Part shown: positions 19,175 to 28,746 of the stretch, piece by piece
Numbering within the stretch: the stretch's first letter is position 1
Layout: every line of letters begins with the position of its first letter
From: Verrucomicrobia bacterium UBA1183
GTDB taxonomy: Bacteria > Verrucomicrobiota > Verrucomicrobiia > Opitutales > UBA9783
Direction: 5' to 3'
Assembly (NCBI GenBank): GCA_002309885.1
Contig: DBYP01000019.1
Coordinates: forward strand, 8,153 to 63,162
DNA length: 55,010 nt
Program-made: the position numbers and the translations under genes
Notes under the pieces: model-generated
Told to the model about the DNA's origin: nothing
The model's input: the letters and a program-made list of their open reading frames with translations, nothing else
Database searches by the model: none

Positions 19175-20713
19175 ATGAGTACAACAAATACAACAATTAC
19201 GAGTGAACCGGAATTTTCGAAGTTTCGGCGGATATTCTTCCCAATTCACAGTTATGAATTGAAGAAGGCCATCCCTATGGGTATGATATTCTTCTTCATT
19301 CTTTTCAATTATACCTGCCTGCGAAATATTAAAGATTCGCTGATCGTTACCAACACAGGAGCCGAAGCGCTAGCCTATTTGAAATTGTTCTGTGTAACGC
19401 CATCGGCCATCATTTTCATGCTGCTGTATACCAAGGCGAGCAATATTTTGAGCAATGAGAATTTGTTTTACGCAACGTTGTCGCCGTTCATCATTTTCTT
19501 TGGTTTGTTTGCCTTCGTTATTTACCCAAACCGCGAGTGGTTCCATCCAACAGTTGAAACAATTTCCGCGTTGCAGGCTCAATTCCCGTCGTTGCACTGG
19601 CCTTTGGCTTTGTTGGGCGTATGGAGCTATGCCGTGTTCTACGTTTTGGCCGAATTGTGGGGAAGTGCGTTACTTTCATTGTCCTTCTGGCAGTTCGCAA
19701 ACCAAATTACACGCGTTTCTGAAGCAAAACGTATGTACGCTTTCTTCGGATTGATGGCTCAAGTTTCATTGTTGTTGGCCGGTGCTGTCGGAGAGCATTT
19801 TTCTAACATCAGAGGCAAAGTTGCTGAAGGTGTTGATCCTTGGCAGATCTCATTGAATTGGTTAATGGGGATTGTCGTTGTTTTTGGTATTTCGACAATG
19901 TTGATTTATCGTTGGATCTATAAGAATGTTTTGACCGATAAACGTTTCTACGATAAGCCAGAATTGCCCGGTGTTAAGAAAGGCAAAAAGAAGGCTGGAT
20001 TGTTGCAAAGCTTGAAGACCATCTTCACCTCACCTTATTTGGGATTGATCGCCATGTTGGTTATCTGCTATGGTACCAGCGTTAACTTGATCGAAGGTCT
20101 TTGGAAGAGCCAATTGAAGATACAATACCACAATGAAAATGATTTTAATACGTTCATGAGCGAATATACTTTCTTAACGGGTATCGCTTCCATCATTATG
20201 CTGATCGTTGGTGGTAACATCTTACGTCTCTGCCGTTGGGTCGTTGCTGCATTGGCGACACCGCTTGTATTCGTCATTGGTGGATTCTCATTCTTCTCTT
20301 TCATTGTATTCCGTGAAGAATTGGCTGGATTTTTGATGAATATGGGAACCAACCCGGTTGCGGTCGCGGTTGTTTTGGGTGCCATTATCGTAATTGCGTC
20401 CAAATCCACGAAATATGCTTTGTTCGATTTGACCAAGGAAATGGCGTACATTCCTTTGGATGAAGAAATGAAAGTAAAAGGTAAGGCCGTTGTGGATGTC
20501 GTCGGTGGCCGTTTAGGAAAATCCGGTGGCGCCTTCGTCCAAGTTGTTCTGTTCTCGGCTGTCAGCAGCATTATCGGAACAAAAGCGACCTACTACCAGA
20601 TCGTTCCGTACTTGTTTGGTATCTTCGTCGTCATCTGCACCCTCTGGATTTTGTCTGTAAAGTCCTTGGGTAAGCGTGTTGAAGCTGCCAATAAAGCCGC
20701 ACACGAAGAATAA
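19175..20713 (+). CDS. NTT/Tlc-family nucleotide (ATP/ADP) translocase (ATG start at 19175)
   Basis: FNYTCLRNIKD, YVLAELWGS, FWQFANQIT..EAKRMY, KYALFDLTKEMAYIPLD, KGKAVVDVVGGRLGKSGGA; many TM segments. Confidence 0.96.
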   Translation: MSTTNTTITSEPEFSKFRRIFFPIHSYELKKAIPMGMIFFFILFNYTCLRNIKDSLIVTNTGAEALAYLKLFCVTPSAIIFMLLYTKASNILSNENLFYATLSPFIIFFGLFAFVIYPNREWFHPTVETISALQAQFPSLHWPLALLGVWSYAVFYVLAELWGSALLSLSFWQFANQITRVSEAKRMYAFFGLMAQVSLLLAGAVGEHFSNIRGKVAEGVDPWQISLNWLMGIVVVFGISTMLIYRWIYKNVLTDKRFYDKPELPGVKKGKKKAGLLQSLKTIFTSPYLGLIAMLVICYGTSVNLIEGLWKSQLKIQYHNENDFNTFMSEYTFLTGIASIIMLIVGGNILRLCRWVVAALATPLVFVIGGFSFFSFIVFREELAGFLMNMGTNPVAVAVVLGAIIVIASKSTKYALFDLTKEMAYIPLDEEMKVKGKAVVDVVGGRLGKSGGAFVQVVLFSAVSSIIGTKATYYQIVPYLFGIFVVICTLWILSVKSLGKRVEAANKAAHEE

Positions 20714-20736
20714 TTTCTTTATTGCATAAAAACCTT

Positions 20737-20772
20737 AACACTCACTGTCTGAAAAGACAGTGGGTGTTTTTT
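20737..20772 (+). terminator. Rho-independent terminator of the NTT gene
   Basis: AACACTCACTGTCT-GAAA-AGACAGTGGGTGTT followed by T residues. Confidence 0.9.
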
Positions 20773-20802
20773 CGTAAATGTAAGTGTTGAAAAAGAATAT
20801 TA

Positions 20803-20944
20803 TTGGGAGAGCTTTTATAAAAGCTCCCTCAAACTCTCTCAAAGGCAGGGCAGCGGCCCTGCACCCACGTCATTTTGCAACAGTGTTGCAAAATTATGAA
20901 AGTTTTTGAGGGGTTAAGGGAACTTTTTTCAAAAAGTTCCCTTA
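20803..20944 (-). repeat. Modular palindromic repeat copy
   Basis: All four hairpin modules in reverse order, between the convergent NTT and malQ genes. Confidence 0.9.
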
Positions 20945-20956
20945 TGCTTTATTTCT

Positions 20957-22432
20957 TTAAAATTTTTGCTTCCTGCAGACATGTCCCACGGCGGCGAAGT
21001 TACTTAATTGAGATTTTGGACAGCGCCATTGCCAATTTTTGAGCGTTGTTCCTGGAGTGTTGATGCGAGCTTCTGCACCCAGATTTAGAAGATCTTGCAA
21101 AGGGAAGATGACATGTTGCGTTGTCCGATGGTGTAATATCCAATGGATTATCTTGGGACAAATTTTATCTTCTTTGATGGTTTTTAAGCCCAAGGCGTCG
21201 CATACGGATTTTTTCTGATCTTTACTTAGGGCATTGAACCAACCGCGTGTGGTATTATTGTCATGCGTTCCTGTGTAAATCACTTGATGCTTTTGCCAGT
21301 TTTCGGGTCTGTAAGGGTTGTTATACCCTTCGAAGGCAAATTGGACAATCGCCATTCCTGGAAGTTCCAATTTTTTCTGAAAAGCGCGAACATTATCGTT
21401 TAAATCGCCTAAATCTTCGAGAATAAAGGGCATATCTGGCCAACGTCGTTTCAAGGCATTAAAAAACTTTTCTTGAGGGCCGTGAAGCCATTCGCCTTTT
21501 TTAGCGGTTTTTTCGCCATAAGGAATACTCCAGTAGTCGTACAATCCTCTAAAATGATCGATACGAATGAGATCGAACCATTCCAGGTTTTTACGGATGC
21601 GCTCCAGCCACCACGCAAAGTGCGTTTTTTGATGATGGTGCCAATCGTAAACCGGATTGCCCCAAAGCTGACCATCGGAAGAAAAGTAATCGGGAGGGAC
21701 GCCTGCTACATGTTTGGGCTGATCCAGCTTCGTATCCCAATCAAATAACGCGCGATTTTGCCAAACGATGGCGCTGTCGGTTCCAACATAGAGCGGAATA
21801 TCGCCGATAATGTACACGCCTTTGGTTTTTGCATACGCATGAATCGCTTGCCATTGTTGGTGCAAAACCCACTGCTCAAAGGCAAAAAAATCAACAAACT
21901 TACGATGGGAATCGATGTATTCTGTTACGGCTTTCGAATCATAATGACGATAGTGGGTCGGCCATTCCCACCAAGGTTTCTGATGGTAACGGTATTTTAG
22001 GGCATAAAAAGCGCAAAAACAATGCAACGGTTCGCCTTCATCTGCCTTAAATTTTTCGAAATCGGAATTGTCACCTTTTTCGATAAATCGCTCATAAACT
22101 TTCAACAATAGCGGGAATTGCCAAGCTTTTATTGCATCATACGCCACTGTTTTTTTGCGACAAAGCTCTGTTCCAAGCTCTTTGCGATCCAAAAGTCCGC
22201 TTTCGATCCACGGCTCAAAATCTATAAATAACGGGCTCAAGTAGCTTTCCGACAAAGGCTGATAAGGAGAATTGCCGAAGCCGACCGGACCCATAGGGCA
22301 AACTTGCCAAGCATTCCAGCCCAAATTGCTCAAGCTATCGATCCATTCGTAAGCTTCTTTCCCGAAACGACCGATGCCGTATTTCCCGGGTAATGAAAAA
22401 ATGGGCAACAAAACTCCTGTTAATTTTTCCAT
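20957..22432 (-). CDS. malQ: 4-alpha-glucanotransferase (GH77)
   Basis: GVLLPIFSLPG, SPYQ, GVPPDYFSSDGQLWGNP, RIDHFRG, EDLG, YTGTHDN. Confidence 0.96.
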   Translation of the reverse strand: MEKLTGVLLPIFSLPGKYGIGRFGKEAYEWIDSLSNLGWNAWQVCPMGPVGFGNSPYQPLSESYLSPLFIDFEPWIESGLLDRKELGTELCRKKTVAYDAIKAWQFPLLLKVYERFIEKGDNSDFEKFKADEGEPLHCFCAFYALKYRYHQKPWWEWPTHYRHYDSKAVTEYIDSHRKFVDFFAFEQWVLHQQWQAIHAYAKTKGVYIIGDIPLYVGTDSAIVWQNRALFDWDTKLDQPKHVAGVPPDYFSSDGQLWGNPVYDWHHHQKTHFAWWLERIRKNLEWFDLIRIDHFRGLYDYWSIPYGEKTAKKGEWLHGPQEKFFNALKRRWPDMPFILEDLGDLNDNVRAFQKKLELPGMAIVQFAFEGYNNPYRPENWQKHQVIYTGTHDNNTTRGWFNALSKDQKKSVCDALGLKTIKEDKICPKIIHWILHHRTTQHVIFPLQDLLNLGAEARINTPGTTLKNWQWRCPKSQLSNFAAVGHVCRKQKF

Positions 22433-22438
22433 AAGTAT

Positions 22439-22741
22439 CTATTTAACCGAAAATACGCCTGGCCCTTCCTTGCCCGCCGTCCGAACATAATTTTGAGCAA
22501 TGGGATCCCGAACGTATTTCGTAAATCCATGTTGCTCAATATTTTTATCGGAAAGTAACTGCTTTGTATGCTCTTCCGAGTAGCCTTTTGAAAGATTGGG
22601 CGCTGTATAGATTTTCTTTAGTGGGTACCCGGTCGCAGGATCCACTTTCGGTGTTTCTTTCCAAGAATGTTCGTATTCTATTACAGGACATGCCTCTTCG
22701 GGAACACCTGGCTTCAAAACTCGATACAAATAAATTGGCAT
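22439..22741 (-). CDS. FmdB-family small protein (Cys-poor zinc-ribbon-like variant)
   Basis: MPIYLY start, P.TG.PLKKIY, HGFTKY.R. Confidence 0.7.
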   Translation of the reverse strand: MPIYLYRVLKPGVPEEACPVIEYEHSWKETPKVDPATGYPLKKIYTAPNLSKGYSEEHTKQLLSDKNIEQHGFTKYVRDPIAQNYVRTAGKEGPGVFSVK

Positions 22742-22833
22742 AGTCGCTCACATTATTCTATAAGGGCGCACATCTTTTACAAGCCTTTTTAAACGATAAG
22801 CGCCTGCTGCTTTTAGAAAAATTTTATCAACGT

Positions 22834-23487
22834 TCAGTAATTAACGAAATACAAATTCTCTTTTTCATCGGAAAAGAACAGCTTTTTTTCAACCGGATCA
22901 ATGTCGCACCAAACCAAGGTTTGCTCAGGGAAAACGAGGTCTCCCAAATGAAAGACTTTTTGATTTAGGATGAGACAACTTTCGAAATCCTTGTAGGCAA
23001 CGCCTTGAATATGTTGTTTGACAAGCCAATCTTGAATATGTTGCTTGGGATCCCCTTTGAATACGGCTGCTTCCGAATTTATCGTTGGTTTACGTTCCTG
23101 AAAAACCATATTGTCACGCTTTGAAAATTCATGACCAATTTGGCTTTCGATAAAATTTTCTTCTGCAGTATCGAGCGCATCACGAATGTTATCCGCCTTA
23201 ACATCTACCAATTGCGATTTTTGTTGAGGAATGTTTAACAGTGTTGGTACGTTGGATAATTTTTCGTGAGAAAATTGTTTGTATTTTTGCACCATCCAAT
23301 AGCCGAAAAAGCCGATCAATAAGCAAAGTCCAACATACTTCAAGGTATAACGTAGACTTCTGCCTTCAATGAAGCCCGTTGTCTCGACTTTATCGGGGAC
23401 CATCTCCACAACCGGAGGTAGTGTAACGGTACAAACCGGTTTAGTCGTTTTGCGAGATTTCTTTCTTGTATTCTTGGTTGTATTCAT
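22834..23487 (-). CDS. GspB/ExeB-like membrane-anchored protein
   Basis: Single TM plus C-terminal IQGV...CLILNQKVFHLGD beta domain; in the ExeA operon. Confidence 0.55.
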   Translation of the reverse strand: MNTTKNTRKKSRKTTKPVCTVTLPPVVEMVPDKVETTGFIEGRSLRYTLKYVGLCLLIGFFGYWMVQKYKQFSHEKLSNVPTLLNIPQQKSQLVDVKADNIRDALDTAEENFIESQIGHEFSKRDNMVFQERKPTINSEAAVFKGDPKQHIQDWLVKQHIQGVAYKDFESCLILNQKVFHLGDLVFPEQTLVWCDIDPVEKKLFFSDEKENLYFVNY

Positions 23488-24211
23488 CTTTAAAAATCAT
23501 TTCTTGTGAAGTTATTCCGGTTAATTTCAAACGTGGATGTTGAGATACCACTGTATTCACGTAAAAAGCTTGTCCGTTTGCCATAACACGTGAATAAGAA
23601 CCATCAATGCGAACGGCATCCACTTTGAATTTTTTCAAAAATCGACGAATAAGGTCAAGCCGTTCTTTTTCCATAGCGGAAACTTCTTTTTCAGGAATGG
23701 GGTGAGTTGCATCCAGATATGCAAATCGACTCAAACTATTTCTAAATTCTTGGAATTTAGGGAATGCATCTTCCCAACGCTCTTGAAGCCAATCTCGAAG
23801 AGGCGAAAAATTCCATTGCAGGGGTCGTAAAATAAGCTCTTCCTCGGAAATGGGTTCATCGGCTGCCAGGATTACTCTTTTCCCAGGGAAGACACTCTCG
23901 AAATCCTCTTCTTTCTGAGTCGGAATTTCTGTCTGAGAGTCTTCTAGAAGAGGTTGTTGGGAATCTTCCGCTAGGACTTCCGTGGTTTCTTGAATAGACG
24001 ATGTAATGTCGGTTCCTTTTTCTGATAGCTGGGGTTGCGTATCTTGATCGGTGTAAAAGTAAGCGACAACGATACCTACAAATAAGGAAATAATACAAAA
24101 GGACGGAAGTAAATTAAATTTCCGCTGCTGTTTAAACGGAGTCGCCAAGGGTGTGATGAATACGGGTTCCTTGGGTTGGGCGCGTTGTATCTGTTTAAAA
24201 AGACGGCTCAT
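23441..24211 (-). CDS. GspB/ExeB-like membrane-anchored protein
   Basis: MSRLFKQIQRAQ N-terminus, TM, C-terminal VDAVRIDGSYSRVMANGQAF..N; ATGA-coupled to ExeA. Confidence 0.65.
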   Translation of the reverse strand: MSRLFKQIQRAQPKEPVFITPLATPFKQQRKFNLLPSFCIISLFVGIVVAYFYTDQDTQPQLSEKGTDITSSIQETTEVLAEDSQQPLLEDSQTEIPTQKEEDFESVFPGKRVILAADEPISEEELILRPLQWNFSPLRDWLQERWEDAFPKFQEFRNSLSRFAYLDATHPIPEKEVSAMEKERLDLIRRFLKKFKVDAVRIDGSYSRVMANGQAFYVNTVVSQHPRLKLTGITSQEMIFKDEYNQEYKKEISQND

Positions 24212-25032
24212 AACGAAAGCCTTTCGATGTCCTCAACTGCATGAAGGACATCTTTTTTGTCTACTTTCTTCCCTAAGCGTGCATAGGTTGCCATGAGAGC
24301 TTTATTACACACGTTGTTAATCACGCGTGGTATGCCCTTGGAATATTTATAAATCGCTTTGAAAGCTGTGTAGGAAATTTTGGGTAGTCCGGGTTGTTGA
24401 CACACCAAATTAAGCCGGTGATTGATGTAATTTAATGTGCTTTTCTTATCCAGCGGATGTAATTCGTAGTAAATGAGTATGCGTTGTTTTAGCTGACGTA
24501 ACTGTGGTTGATTCAATTTAGCCTTCAATTCCGGTTGACCAACAAGCAATATTTGTAGCAACTTCCGTTGATTGGTTTCCAAATTGGACAACAAACGTAT
24601 CGATTCCAGCAATTCATAAGATAAATTTTGCGCTTCATCGATAATAAGCAGAATTTCTTTTCCCTTATTAATCTTGGACAGCAGATATTCATTAAGCACT
24701 TCGAAATGATCTGTTTCTGGCAATTTAGAAGCCGGCATACCGATTTCCTTCAAAATACTGCGGATAAGCTGCTCCTGTGTGATATTTGAGGAATAAAGCC
24801 AAGCCGTTTCAAACAATTTTTCATCCAATGATTGAAGCAAAGAGCGGCAAAGCAATGTTTTTCCACATCCCACTTCACCTGTAATAACCATAAACCCTTT
24901 GGATTGCTCCAAACCATAACGCAACAATGTCAGTGCAGCATTGTGTTCTTCACTTAAAAACAAAAATTTAGGATCTGGCGTTATATTGAACGGATCCTCC
25001 GAAAAGCCAAAGAATTGTCGATACATAAGCAA
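24208..25032 (-). CDS. ExeA/GspA-family AAA ATPase
   Basis: MYRQFFGFSEDPFNITPDPKF, GEVGCGKT, IDEAQNL, GQPEL, GIPRVIN. Confidence 0.93.
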   Translation of the reverse strand: MLMYRQFFGFSEDPFNITPDPKFLFLSEEHNAALTLLRYGLEQSKGFMVITGEVGCGKTLLCRSLLQSLDEKLFETAWLYSSNITQEQLIRSILKEIGMPASKLPETDHFEVLNEYLLSKINKGKEILLIIDEAQNLSYELLESIRLLSNLETNQRKLLQILLVGQPELKAKLNQPQLRQLKQRILIYYELHPLDKKSTLNYINHRLNLVCQQPGLPKISYTAFKAIYKYSKGIPRVINNVCNKALMATYARLGKKVDKKDVLHAVEDIERLSL

Positions 25033-25103
25033 GAGGTCTTTATTCTACTTTAGCTTTGACTTTTAAGTTTGGCAATGAAAAAATTTCACATAGCTAAAAG
25101 ATT

Positions 25104-25424
25104 ATGATCTGGGTGCGCAAAATTTTTTCTTTTAGGCGAGTATTCTATTTGTTTTTACTACTCGTGCTAACGGTAGGTATCTATCGGTACTGGGGCGTAC
25201 CTTTCCGTTCTGCTTATAGAAAATATGCTTGGTGGACAGTACAAAAAAATACCCTGGAACAAAGAATCAGCGTCCTTCGTTTGCAAGTAGCTCAAAAAAA
25301 ACATTTTGTACGAAAGCTTATGATTGATCGCGATTTTCGTGAACATGTTTCCCGTGAACAGCTGAAATATCTCAAGGCCAACGAATACGTCGTCTTCTTT
25401 AAGCAGGAAGAAGAAATAAAGTAA
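25104..25424 (+). CDS. FtsB/DivIC septum formation initiator family protein
   Basis: N-terminal TM, coiled coil, D..FREHVSREQLKYLKANE. Confidence 0.75.
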   Translation: MIWVRKIFSFRRVFYLFLLLVLTVGIYRYWGVPFRSAYRKYAWWTVQKNTLEQRISVLRLQVAQKKHFVRKLMIDRDFREHVSREQLKYLKANEYVVFFKQEEEIK

Positions 25425-25545
25425 AAAACAACGAAACCAAACGGCCTTTAGCTACGGCAAGCAAATTTGTTCTTTAAATAAGGCCATGAAAGCGAGAAGT
25501 TCTTCCCCCAAAATTCCTTTCTGATTTTTTATTTTAAAAAATCGA

Positions 25546-25571
25546 TGTAACTTCAACCTTGGAGTGTAGCT
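25546..25571 (+). mobile_element. Degenerate solo IS30-like terminal inverted repeat
   Basis: TGTAACTTCAACCTTGGAGTGTAGCT aligns without gaps to 1946-1971 and 18481-18506. Confidence 0.6.
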
Positions 25572-25594
25572 GCAAAAGTCGCAGTTTATCGCAC

Positions 25595-26905
25595 TTATAA
25601 CTGCAACCGTTCCAATTTTCTGTAAAAAGTTCTTCGCGGAATGCCCAATAGGCGTGCGGCTTCGGACTTGTTACCATTGGCCTTTTTTAAAGCTTCTGAA
25701 ATCAGAGCTTGTTCGGATTTTTCTAGGGTAGGGGAGACTTCTCCTTGGCCTATGGGTGCCAGAAATTTGGGATCCAAATCGGAGGTTTCAATCTTTTTTC
25801 CCGAATGCATTACCGCCATGTTTTCAGCAAAATTGCGCAGTTCGCGGATGTTGCCAGGCCAAATGTAATTCTGTAAAATGGATTTTACCTCTTCGGGTAA
25901 AATTGGCGGACGAACACCATTTTCTTTGGCAAAAAATCGGAGGTAATACTCTAAAAGCAAACGTACATCCGAAGGCCGTTCGCGCAAGGGAGGCATGTGA
26001 ATTTCAACCACATTCAAACGATACAGCAGATCTTCGCGAAAACGTCCTGCCTTGACTTCTGCTTGCAAATCGCGATTGGTAGCGCAAACCAGGCGTACAT
26101 CCAAGGGAATCAACTGATTACCTCCTAAACGCTCGATGGATTTTGTTTCTAGAAATCGAAGCAATTTTACTTGAGTACTTGCATCAATTTCACCGATTTC
26201 GTCCAAAAATAACGTTCCGTGATTAGCCGATTCGAACAGGCCAATATGCCGCTGTAAAGCGCCTGTAAACGCTCCGCGTTCATGACCAAACAGCTCCGAT
26301 TCGATGAGATTATCGGGCAGAGCAGCGCAGTGTACCGGCACAAACGGTTGAGCACTCCTAGGACTTAAATGATGCAATTGATGCGCTACCAGCTCCTTAC
26401 CGGTTCCAGTTTCTCCGGTGATGAGGACGGAAGTTTTTGCGGGTGCGACGCGTTGAATTTTATCCAAGACCTCAGCAAATTCTACGGATTGTCCGACCAT
26501 CGGAACGGTATTGGCCTGGAGTGGGGTAGGGGAGAGATCCTCCGTTTTATCCAACATGGCACGTTTTACAATGCTTTCTAGACGATCCAACTGAACGGGT
26601 TTGCTCACAAAGTCGTAGGCACCATGCTTCATAGCTTCGACCGCAATTTCGATGGAACCGTACGCAGTCATCATGATGCATTTCGGTTTGTAAGGCAGTT
26701 GCAGCGCTTTATCAATAATACTCATGCCGCTTTGCTGTCCCATTCGCAAATCTGTTATGATAATATCAAAGCGTTCAGATGCCATCAAGTTAAAGGCCTC
26801 GGCGGGCTGGCTGGCGGTATAAACTTCAAAATCGTCAGCAAACAACTGCGCAAGCCCTTCGCGCGTCGGTTTTTCATCATCTACAATCAATATTAAACCT
26901 TGCAT
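25595..26905 (-). CDS. Sigma54-dependent response regulator (NtrC/AtoC family)
   Basis: Receiver domain (IVDDE, TDLRM), GETGTGKE, GAFTGA, WPGNIREL, Fis-type HTH. Confidence 0.96.
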   Translation of the reverse strand: MQGLILIVDDEKPTREGLAQLFADDFEVYTASQPAEAFNLMASERFDIIITDLRMGQQSGMSIIDKALQLPYKPKCIMMTAYGSIEIAVEAMKHGAYDFVSKPVQLDRLESIVKRAMLDKTEDLSPTPLQANTVPMVGQSVEFAEVLDKIQRVAPAKTSVLITGETGTGKELVAHQLHHLSPRSAQPFVPVHCAALPDNLIESELFGHERGAFTGALQRHIGLFESANHGTLFLDEIGEIDASTQVKLLRFLETKSIERLGGNQLIPLDVRLVCATNRDLQAEVKAGRFREDLLYRLNVVEIHMPPLRERPSDVRLLLEYYLRFFAKENGVRPPILPEEVKSILQNYIWPGNIRELRNFAENMAVMHSGKKIETSDLDPKFLAPIGQGEVSPTLEKSEQALISEALKKANGNKSEAARLLGIPRRTFYRKLERLQL

Positions 26906-26908
26906 GTG

Positions 26909-27544
26909 CTAGTCCTTTATTTGAATGTTTGCGATGGCTTGCATTACCTTATCGCTGATAGCTTGCATGGGATCCGGATCTGCCTTGCAACTTTCGAAGT
27001 CTTCCGGCATTAGGGGTTTACCGTAAACAATGGAAATATTAGGCTTAAAATTCGGGAGGCCACGTCCTTTGGGCCATGCTTCGTATGATCCGAAAATGCG
27101 TACCGGCACAATGGGCACGTTCGCTTTTGTCATAAACAAACCGATACCTTTTTTGGCGCGTTGTAATACGCCAGTAACCGATCGTGTGCCTTCCGGAAAC
27201 ATGAGCACCGGATTTCCATCTTTTAACAGCTGCAATACGCGTTTTATAGAGTGGATATCGCTGCCTTTATCGCGATCCACATCGATCATGTATAAGCGTC
27301 TAAAAAACCAGCCAATCCCCCGCTTAAACAATGTCTTTCGGGCAAAAGAATATACCGGTTGACGGCTTGTATGAATCGCGATTAACGGCGGATCCAAGTA
27401 ACTTACGTGATTGCCAGCCAAAATAAATCCACCGGACGCGGGTATATTTTCTAAACCATAAAGCTTGCCATGGTATGCTTTTTTGAAGATAATCTTAAAA
27501 AAGCAAGTTACCATTTTATAACATAAAAAGAGATTTGATTTCAT
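26909..27544 (-). CDS. plsC: 1-acyl-sn-glycerol-3-phosphate acyltransferase
   Basis: NHVSYLD, FPEGTRS, PIVPV. Confidence 0.92.
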   Translation of the reverse strand: MKSNLFLCYKMVTCFFKIIFKKAYHGKLYGLENIPASGGFILAGNHVSYLDPPLIAIHTSRQPVYSFARKTLFKRGIGWFFRRLYMIDVDRDKGSDIHSIKRVLQLLKDGNPVLMFPEGTRSVTGVLQRAKKGIGLFMTKANVPIVPVRIFGSYEAWPKGRGLPNFKPNISIVYGKPLMPEDFESCKADPDPMQAISDKVMQAIANIQIKD

Positions 27545-27589
27545 CTGTAAAATGGTATATGCCTTTTTTTAAAAAATTTAAAGGATAAT

Positions 27590-28063
27590 GTGATGGAAGA
27601 TAAAAAATGGTTGGATACATTGCAACAGACGCTCCAAGAACTCCCTGGACGTCCTTCATGGAATACATATTTTATGTCCATTGCGTTGCTATTGTCGGCA
27701 CGTTCTAGTTGCGGACGGTTACACGTTGGTTGTGTTTTGGTCTCAGGTGCTGGAAATAAAAATAGGATTATTGCAGCAGGTTATAATGGCTTTTTACCTG
27801 GGCTTCCGCATAAATCTATTGTCAAAGATGGTCATGAACAAGCGACCGTTCACGCAGAACAAAACGCTTTAGCGGATGCGGCACGTCGTGGAGTTACCAC
27901 ACAAGATGCCATTGCTTACGTGACACACTTCCCTTGTATAAATTGTGCAAAAATGCTCTTGGCAGCAGGGATAAGTTACTGTTATTATCACGAAGATTAT
28001 CATAATGATGATTTGGTCGCTGAACTTTTTAAGGAAGCGGGTGTTGGTTTAGAAAAGTATTAA
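27590..28063 (+). CDS. dCMP deaminase (ComEB family)
   Basis: RPSWNTYFM, GYNG, HAEQNA, PCINC. Confidence 0.92.
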   Translation: MMEDKKWLDTLQQTLQELPGRPSWNTYFMSIALLLSARSSCGRLHVGCVLVSGAGNKNRIIAAGYNGFLPGLPHKSIVKDGHEQATVHAEQNALADAARRGVTTQDAIAYVTHFPCINCAKMLLAAGISYCYYHEDYHNDDLVAELFKEAGVGLEKY

Positions 28064-28065
28064 AA

Positions 28066-28620
28066 ATGGACTTAAGTAATTTACTGGATTTTACGGGATT
28101 GGTGCTCTTGTCTAACAACCAGCAAAGCGGTATTTTTCAACATTCGGTTGTGGTTATTGTTCAGCATAACAAAGAGACCGAAACGATGGGTTTATGCATT
28201 AATTTCCCGCTTCGGTTAATGTTAAATGATTTTGATGAAGATACCTGGAGTGTTTTTGACAATGTTCCCGTTTTTCGTGGCGGCCCTACGCAACCCAAGC
28301 GTATTCTTGTAACTTCCATGAATTGGGATGCCCGTCGCCAGATATTGCGTTGGCAGCTGGGTTTGGATCAGCAGCAGGCACTTCAACTTATGTCCCAATA
28401 TCCTAAGTCCGGATTCAAAGCTTACTGTGGACATCTTTCTTGGCAGCCCGGAGAGTTGGCTCAAGAGTTGCAGCAAAACTTATGGCTCCCGGTTCCCATG
28501 CCCTCTAAAAAGATATTTAAAACGACCAATCCTAAGCTTTGGCACACTTTAATGCTGCAATTTTATCCAGAATACCTAAAGAACTTCCCCGATTTCCCCG
28601 AAAATCCGACGCTAAATTAG
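28066..28620 (+). CDS. YqgE/AlgH family protein
   Basis: FQHSVV, GLCIN.P, VFRGGP, GHLSW.PGEL..E...N.W, PTLN end. Confidence 0.88.
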   Translation: MDLSNLLDFTGLVLLSNNQQSGIFQHSVVVIVQHNKETETMGLCINFPLRLMLNDFDEDTWSVFDNVPVFRGGPTQPKRILVTSMNWDARRQILRWQLGLDQQQALQLMSQYPKSGFKAYCGHLSWQPGELAQELQQNLWLPVPMPSKKIFKTTNPKLWHTLMLQFYPEYLKNFPDFPENPTLN

Positions 28621-28746
28621 GGTGTGCTTATAAGGAAATTTTTTTCAAAAAATTTGCTTATAGTTTACTAATGCTTTGTTCGAAGTTACAAAATTTGTTT
28701 TTTGATTTGCTATTGATGGCACATTTAGTAGAATATGTTTGTGCAG

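Noticed and set aside
20068-20571. 167-aa antisense ORF
   Set aside because: Shadow of the NTT gene; the same applies to antisense ORFs inside valS, mreB, accC, glgA and miaB
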